Origin: a virus
Lineage: Duplodnaviria; Heunggongvirae; Uroviricota; Caudoviricetes
Reading direction: 5' to 3' (one strand)
IMG/VR virus record: IMGVR_UViG_2671180921_000020
Span: 1-3,817 of that record
Length of the DNA stretch: 3,817 nucleotides
Shown here: piece after piece, positions 1 to 3,817 of the stretch
Layout of the letters: every line of letters begins with the position of its first letter
How positions within the stretch are numbered: the stretch's first letter is position 1
The notes under the pieces: model-generated
Told to the model about the DNA's origin: nothing
Database searches by the model: none
What the model saw: only the letters and a program-made list of their open reading frames with translations
Program-made: the position numbers and the translations under genes

Positions 1-267
1 GTGAGTGAGTCAAAATGCCAAATTAATGGCAACAAGATAGAACCGTGCGCGGCGCTGGCACAATCTCTGGAGCAGGATGCTGAATACACGACGCGAAAAG
101 GCCTGCTGATATACAAAATCTATAACCATGAATTAATTCATTCACAAGATCTGATCATGCTTCGGTCTGGTGAATTTTCTAAATCACCGATTCGAGTTTC
201 ATTTTGTCCGTTCTGTGGTAAGAGTCTGAAAACATGGGAAAAGGAGACAACCAGTGGGCAAGATTGA
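1..267 (+). CDS. Hypothetical phage protein, 5'-truncated C-terminal fragment, with a possible Cys-pair (zinc-ribbon-like) motif
   Basis: Open frame runs from base 1 to TGA at 265-267 with no in-frame ATG until about codon 53, so the true start is probably upstream of the window. Contains C-x9-C (KCQINGNKIEPC) and CPFC pairs. The next ORF begins 14 nt before its stop, preceded by an AAGGAG RBS. Confidence 0.55.
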   Translation: MSESKCQINGNKIEPCAALAQSLEQDAEYTTRKGLLIYKIYNHELIHSQDLIMLRSGEFSKSPIRVSFCPFCGKSLKTWEKETTSGQD

Positions 268-670
268 CTATCAGGCACTGCGTGGGGCGGCAGAGCAGGC
301 AATGCATGACGACTGGGGATTTGACGCGGACCTTTTCCATGAGCTGGTAACACCATCGATTGTGCTGGAACTGCTGGATGAACGGGAAAGAAACCAGCAA
401 TACATCAAACGCCGCGACCAGGAGAACGAGGAAATTGCGCTAACGGTAGGGAAGTTGCGCGTTGAGCTTGAGGCAGAAAAACAGCGTGCAAAGGATCTGT
501 TTATGGAAAATGCTCGGCTTAAGTCAGGTATAGCCGGTCTGATACACCTCGGTATTCGATATGCAGATGTTGAGGTCATGAGAATTGCTGGAGATGCCCA
601 GCTTTCTACCCCATGCACTGACAGCATCATAAACAGCATTGCAACAGGCATTCGCATCAAAGGAGAGTGA
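254..670 (+). CDS. Hypothetical phage early protein with coiled-coil segment; possibly Ead/Ea22-like
   Basis: GTG start at 254 lies 7 nt after AAGGAG (241-246). 138-aa ORF with a heptad-like charged segment (ELEAEKQRAKDLFMENARLK). The N-terminus (IDYQALRGAAEQA...W) resembles, from memory, the N-termini of Ead/Ea22-like proteins. Its stop at 668-670 is 1 nt before the next start. Confidence 0.6.
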   Translation: MGKIDYQALRGAAEQAMHDDWGFDADLFHELVTPSIVLELLDERERNQQYIKRRDQENEEIALTVGKLRVELEAEKQRAKDLFMENARLKSGIAGLIHLGIRYADVEVMRIAGDAQLSTPCTDSIINSIATGIRIKGE

Positions 671-671
671 T

Positions 672-1040
672 ATGAGCGCTATAACCAAAGAACGTATCAA
701 ATTATTCATTAAAAATCCGCTTGATAACGGACTTACTCGTGGCGAACAAATGGAACTGGCACGAATTGCACTGGCATCGCTGGAAGCAAAACCAATAGGT
801 GCTTTCCACATTGCAGAACAGCAGGTCGATGGCACAAGTGACTACATCAAGGATGGGGAGTGGCCTATTGATAATGGGACAATTGAAGTATACGCCGCCC
901 CTCCAGCGCCAGTAGTGCCGGAAGAAAAACCAATGCCGAACCCTCTTAGCATGTACGCGGTTGATGCTGTTGCCGCTATTGCAGAGGTGAGAGGATGGAA
1001 CGCCTGCCGTGCAGCCATGCTTAAGGGGGATAAATCATGA
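672..1040 (+). CDS. Hypothetical phage protein (122 aa), Pro-rich linker; possibly related to the Ea22-like family
   Basis: ATG at 672 is preceded by AGGAG (661-665). I chose it over the track's upstream start at 639, which has no RBS and overlaps the preceding gene. Ends with the ATGA overlap at 1037-1040, coupling it to the next gene. Confidence 0.6.
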   Translation: MSAITKERIKLFIKNPLDNGLTRGEQMELARIALASLEAKPIGAFHIAEQQVDGTSDYIKDGEWPIDNGTIEVYAAPPAPVVPEEKPMPNPLSMYAVDAVAAIAEVRGWNACRAAMLKGDKS

Positions 1041-1399
1041 TTAATCGAACCAAACTGGAGCACATCCTCGAGTATGCCAGGCAGCAGAGGCGCTTTGGCC
1101 AGCTTTGTAAAATTCTGCCAGGAGATATGGTTGAAATCGTGGAGATTGCCATGCGTAAGACTGGCAACTCTCCGGTAACTCCGGATGGTTGGATAAGCTG
1201 TAGTGAGCGAATGCCAAACGATAAACAGTATGTTTGGTGTTGGGGGAAGTCTTACGGCTGGACTGAGTGCGATACCTTCGAAGGGTATTACGATTGGTCG
1301 AGAAACAAATGGTGGGCAATTACTGACGATGGGGAAGAACCGGCATCGAAAGTAACCCACTGGATGACGCTATCGGAGCCACCGCAGGAGGTGAAGTGA
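1037..1399 (+). CDS. DUF551-like phage protein
   Basis: 120-aa ORF whose ATG at 1037 overlaps the upstream TGA (ATGA). Trp-rich C-terminal region (GWISCSERMP...YVWCWG...WW...VTHWMTLSEPP) matches the motif I recall for DUF551 phage proteins. AGGAGG (1386-1391) is embedded near its 3' end for the next gene. Confidence 0.6.
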   Translation: MINRTKLEHILEYARQQRRFGQLCKILPGDMVEIVEIAMRKTGNSPVTPDGWISCSERMPNDKQYVWCWGKSYGWTECDTFEGYYDWSRNKWWAITDDGEEPASKVTHWMTLSEPPQEVK

Positions 1400-1683
1400 T
1401 GGACTCCTTCGCGAAATATACGATTATTGACTGGGTAGCCTTCCTTCAGGTTTTGCTCATCTGGTTTTATATGGCTTACAGGAGTGGACAGTGGATTGTC
1501 AGTGTAGCCTGTAGCAAGGGATGGCGTTGGTGGAACCGAAAGAATAAAAAAGCGCTGGCCTTGGATTCGTTTTACGAAGCATTCAATCTTAACAGCCTTC
1601 AGCCTGGTTCTGTCGTTGTAGTCACCACTCAAAGCGGCATGACGATACAAATTCACAAGCCAAAGGAGGAAGGTCGTGGCTAA
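1399..1683 (+). CDS. Small single-pass membrane protein (94 aa), hypothetical
   Basis: ATG at 1399 overlaps the upstream stop (TGATG), 7 nt after AGGAGG. Residues ~8-28 (YTIIDWVAFLQVLLIWFYMAY) form an ~20-residue hydrophobic stretch followed by a basic cluster (RWWNRKNKK), consistent with an N-out/C-in membrane helix. The track start at GTG 1396 is also possible. Confidence 0.55.
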   Translation: MDSFAKYTIIDWVAFLQVLLIWFYMAYRSGQWIVSVACSKGWRWWNRKNKKALALDSFYEAFNLNSLQPGSVVVVTTQSGMTIQIHKPKEEGRG

Positions 1684-1957
1684 CCTGCAACTTGCCGTTA
1701 AAGGTGAATACTTCGATGCCATGATTCGAGGAGAGAAAACGGAAGAGTATCGCCTGTGTAATGACTACTGGAATAAGCGAATTATGTTCCGGGAGTATGA
1801 CCGCCTGATTATCACAAAGGGATATCCGAAGCGCGACGACTCCAGTCGCAGAATTGATGTTCCGTATGGAGGATATGAAGTGAAAACAATCACACCCCCC
1901 CACTTCGGTGATAAGCCGGTAAAGGTATACGCGATAAAGGTGAATATCAATTGCTAA
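1676..1957 (+). CDS. ASCH/PUA-like domain protein (putative), 93 aa
   Basis: GTG at 1676 lies 6 nt after AGGAGG (1664-1669) and overlaps the upstream stop by 8 nt. The N-terminal segment LAVKGEYFDAMIRGEKTEEYR resembles the ASCH-domain beta-strand/GxK motif as I recall it. Ends TAA at 1955-1957, last gene of the coupled chain. Confidence 0.5.
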   Translation: MANLQLAVKGEYFDAMIRGEKTEEYRLCNDYWNKRIMFREYDRLIITKGYPKRDDSSRRIDVPYGGYEVKTITPPHFGDKPVKVYAIKVNINC

Positions 1958-1981
1958 ATTAGTGGCATAGCATAAAGATGC

Positions 1982-2006
1982 TTGCATTAATGAAGTGTGT
2001 ATAATA
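1982..2006 (+). promoter_or_regulatory. Candidate sigma70-type promoter for the AT-rich-island ORF
   Basis: Perfect TATAAT hexamer at 2000-2005, immediately preceded by TGTG. TTGCAT at 1982-1987 is -35-like but only 12 nt upstream, which is a suboptimal spacer. Lies in AT-rich intergenic DNA about 65 nt upstream of the ORF start. Confidence 0.35.
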
Positions 2007-2071
2007 ACACCTAATCAATAGTAAACTACTGAAATAGCAAAAAAAAATGCATATTAAAGAGGATTCGAAAA

Positions 2072-2263
2072 TTGAAAATGTTCATGCAAATAGACAGACG
2101 CATAGATATTAATGGCAATTCATACTTAGTTAGATGCGAAGAGAGGCCTAACGGTGAGTGGCGTGTATATGATATTGACCGTAAGGTCAATATCAGCACC
2201 ATGAACAAAGACACTGCCTTTGATGAATGGAAAGCTGAAGCTAAAAAACAACATAATTCGTAG
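2072..2263 (+). CDS. Small hypothetical protein (61-63 aa) in an AT-rich island; moron-like
   Basis: ORF ending TAG at 2261-2263. Candidate starts are TTG 2072, ATG 2078 and ATG 2084, downstream of AAGAGGA (2057-2063). AT-rich codon usage contrasts with flanking genes. Flanked by a promoter-like element upstream and a hairpin plus T-tract downstream. Confidence 0.5.
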   Translation: MKMFMQIDRRIDINGNSYLVRCEERPNGEWRVYDIDRKVNISTMNKDTAFDEWKAEAKKQHNS

Positions 2264-2305
2264 AATTACAAAAACCCTAACCAATTGATGGATTTCTTTT
2301 ATCTG

Positions 2306-2330
2306 AACTCGCTACGGCGAGTTTTGTTTT
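2306..2330 (+). terminator. Rho-independent terminator candidate
   Basis: Perfect 7-bp stem AACTCGC (2306-2312) / GCGAGTT (2317-2323) with a 4-nt loop TACG, followed by TTGTTTT (2324-2330). Confidence 0.5.
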
Positions 2331-2343
2331 ATGGAGATGATAA

Positions 2344-2511
2344 ATGCACTTCCGAGTTACAGGTGAATGGAATGGAGAACCATTCAACAGAGTTATCGAA
2401 GCAGAGAACATCAATGACTGCTATGACCACTGGATGATATGGGCGCAGATAGCACATGCAGACATAACCAATATTCGAATTGAAGAACTGAAAGAACACC
2501 AAGCCGCCTGA
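2344..2511 (+). CDS. Small hypothetical protein (55 aa), not in the supplied ORF track
   Basis: ATG at 2344 lies 7 nt after GGAG (2333-2336) and directly follows an in-frame TAA. Translation: MHFRVTGEWNGEPFNRVIEAENINDCYDHWMIWAQIAHADITNIRIEELKEHQAA. Stop TGA at 2509-2511 falls inside the loop of the downstream terminator hairpin. Occupies the position immediately upstream of xis. Confidence 0.5.
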   Translation: MHFRVTGEWNGEPFNRVIEAENINDCYDHWMIWAQIAHADITNIRIEELKEHQAA

Positions 2512-2526
2512 TGGCGGCTTTTTCTT
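2501..2526 (+). terminator. Rho-independent terminator immediately upstream of xis/pI
   Basis: 8-bp GC-rich stem AAGCCGCC (2501-2508) / GGCGGCTT (2513-2520) with loop TGAT, followed by a T-rich tract TTTTTCTT (2519-2526). Confidence 0.65.
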
Positions 2527-2565
2527 GCGTGTAATTGCGGAGACTTTGCGATGTACTTGACACTT
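2525..2565 (+). promoter_or_regulatory. pI-type CII-dependent promoter with CII recognition repeats TTGC-N6-TTGC
   Basis: TTGC at 2525-2528 and 2535-2538 separated by 6 nt (GTGTAA) is the canonical lambda CII site architecture. The surrounding sequence matches lambda pI as I recall it. A weak -10 is expected around 2551-2557, so the transcript would start inside xis. Confidence 0.7.
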
Positions 2566-2769
2566 CAGGAGTGGAACGCACGCCAGCGACGCCCAAGAAG
2601 CCTTGAAACAGTTCGTCGATGGGTGCGCGAATGCAGGATATTCCCTCCTCCGGTTAAGGATGGAAGAGAGTATCTGTTCCACGAATCAGCGGTAAAGGTT
2701 GACTTAAATCGACCAGTAACAGGTAGCCTTTTGAAGAGGATCAGAAATGGGAAGAAGGCGAAGTCATGA
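2551..2769 (+). CDS. xis: Excisionase Xis (lambda-type, 72 aa)
   Basis: Protein MYLTLQEWNARQRRPRSLETVRRWVRECRIFPPPVKDGREYLFHESAVKVDLNRPVTGSLLKRIRNGKKAKS matches lambda Xis as I recall it. GGAG RBS sits 8 nt upstream, and the 3' end overlaps the int start by 23 nt as in lambda. Confidence 0.9.
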   Translation: MYLTLQEWNARQRRPRSLETVRRWVRECRIFPPPVKDGREYLFHESAVKVDLNRPVTGSLLKRIRNGKKAKS

Positions 2770-3817
2770 GCGCCGGGATTTACCCCCTAACCTTTATATA
2801 AGAAACAATGGATATTACTGCTACAGGGACCCAAGGACGGGTAAAGAGTTTGGTTTAGGCCGAGACAGGAGGATAGCAATCACTGAAGCAATACAGGCCA
2901 ATATTGAGTTATTTTCAGGACACAAACACAAGCCTCTGACAGCGAGAATCAACAGTGATAATTCTGTTACGTTACATTCATGGCTTGATCGCTACGAAAA
3001 AATCCTCGCCAGCAGAGGAATCAAGCAGAAGACACTCATAAATTACATGAGCAAAATTAAAGCAATAAGGAGGGGGCTGCCTGATGCTCCACTTGAAGAC
3101 ATCACCACAAAAGAAATTGCGGCAATGCTCAATGGATACATAGACGAGGGCAAGGCGGCGTCAGCCAAGTTAATCAGATCAACACTGAGCGATGCATTCC
3201 GAGAGGCAATAGCTGAAGGCCATATAACAACAAACCCGGTCGCTGCCACTCGCGCAGCAAAATCAGAGGTAAGGAGATCAAGACTTACGGCTGACGAATA
3301 CCTGAAAATTTATCAAGCAGCAGAATCATCACCATGTTGGCTCAGACTTGCAATGGAACTGGCTGTTGTTACCGGGCAGCGAGTTGGTAATTTATGCGAA
3401 ATGAAGTGGTCTGATATCGTAGATGGATATCTTTATGTCGAACAAAGCAAAACAGGCGTAAAAATTGCCATCCCTACAACATTGCATGTTGATGCTCTCG
3501 GGATATCAATGAAGGAAACACTTGATAAATGCAAAGAGATTCTTGGTGGAGAAACCATAATTGCATCTACTCGTCGTGAACCGCTTTCATCCGGCACAGT
3601 ATCAAGGTATTTTATGCGCGCACGAAAAGCATCAGGTCTTTCCTTCGAAGGGGATCCGCCTACCTTTCACGAGTTGCGCAGTTTGTCTGCAAGACTCTAT
3701 GAGAAGCAGATAAGCGATAAGTTTGCTCAACATCTTCTCGGGCATAAGTCGGACACCATGGCATCACAGTATCGTGATGACAGAGGCAGGGAGTGGGACA
3801 AAATTGAAATCAAATAA
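2747..3817 (+). CDS. int: Site-specific tyrosine recombinase, lambda integrase Int (356 aa)
   Basis: Full-length ORF starting MGRRRSHERRDLPPNLYIRNNGYYCYRDPRTGKEFGLGRDRR (lambda Int N-terminal arm-binding domain) and ending ...SDTMASQYRDDRGREWDKIEIK. Catalytic residues are at lambda positions (R212 codon 3380-3382, HELR at H308/R311, Tyr342 codon 3770-3772). TAA stop at the last bases of the window. Confidence 0.93.
   Translation: MGRRRSHERRDLPPNLYIRNNGYYCYRDPRTGKEFGLGRDRRIAITEAIQANIELFSGHKHKPLTARINSDNSVTLHSWLDRYEKILASRGIKQKTLINYMSKIKAIRRGLPDAPLEDITTKEIAAMLNGYIDEGKAASAKLIRSTLSDAFREAIAEGHITTNPVAATRAAKSEVRRSRLTADEYLKIYQAAESSPCWLRLAMELAVVTGQRVGNLCEMKWSDIVDGYLYVEQSKTGVKIAIPTTLHVDALGISMKETLDKCKEILGGETIIASTRREPLSSGTVSRYFMRARKASGLSFEGDPPTFHELRSLSARLYEKQISDKFAQHLLGHKSDTMASQYRDDRGREWDKIEIK

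Noticed and set aside
1-3. GTG at position 1 as the true start of the first ORF
   Set aside because: The frame is open from the window edge with no upstream context, so this is more likely an internal codon of a gene that begins upstream.
639-671. Upstream extension of the third ORF (track start at 639, MQQAFASKESD...)
   Set aside because: It has no RBS and overlaps the preceding gene by 32 nt, whereas ATG 672 has AGGAG at optimal spacing and sits 1 nt after the preceding stop.
271-835. Minus-strand ORFs 271..660 (129 aa) and 524..835 (103 aa)
   Set aside because: Both are antisense to well-supported + strand CDSs, and their Ser/Ala/Arg-rich low-complexity translations are typical of non-coding antisense frames.
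842-1360. 172-aa ORF on the minus strand
   Set aside because: It lies entirely antisense to two + strand genes that have RBSs and ATGA coupling. It has no convincing RBS and its composition is the mirror of the sense genes, so it is most likely a spurious antisense frame.
2039-2047. A9 homopolymer run in the leader of the AT-rich-island ORF
   Set aside because: It lies in AT-rich intergenic DNA between the putative -10 and the RBS. It is most simply part of an AT-rich leader, with no evidence of function or variability from a single sequence.
2329-2682. 117-aa minus-strand ORF spanning the xis start and the terminator region
   Set aside because: It is antisense to xis, the pI promoter and the 55-aa ORF, and would span an intrinsic terminator hairpin. 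No support as a gene.
3043-3249. 68-aa minus-strand ORF inside int
   Set aside because: It is antisense within the highly conserved integrase coding sequence. A chance open frame.
1-3817. CRISPR arrays, tRNA/rRNA genes, IS elements or inverted-repeat transposon ends
   Set aside because: No spaced direct repeats, no tRNA-like cloverleaf-sized conserved segments and no transposase-like ORFs or terminal inverted repeats were seen on either strand.
3700-3817. attP core or sib hairpin within the window
   Set aside because: In lambda these lie downstream of the int stop codon, which coincides with the last base of the window, so they cannot be assessed here.

Overview
This window reads as the integration-proximal end of the leftward early (pL-type) operon of a lambda-like temperate phage or prophage, with every credible gene on the + strand. 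A chain of six tightly packed, translationally coupled accessory ORFs (1..1957) includes a probable Ead/Ea22-like coiled-coil protein, a DUF551-like protein, a small single-pass membrane protein and an ASCH/PUA-like protein. It is followed by a sharply AT-rich island (~1958..2340) carrying a small ORF with its own promoter-like element and intrinsic terminator, which looks like a moron. Next comes a 55-aa ORF missing from the supplied ORF track, whose stop codon sits in the loop of a second intrinsic terminator. The window ends with an excisionase and a tyrosine integrase that I recognise as essentially lambda Xis and Int, including the CII-activated pI promoter architecture (TTGC-N6-TTGC) straddling the xis start. 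attP and sib would lie just beyond the 3' end and are not in the window. No rRNA, tRNA, CRISPR array or IS element is visible. The best candidates for something undescribed are the AT-rich moron cassette and the small unannotated ORFs between the accessory operon and xis, but their functions cannot be determined from sequence alone. All homology statements are from memory, not from a database search.
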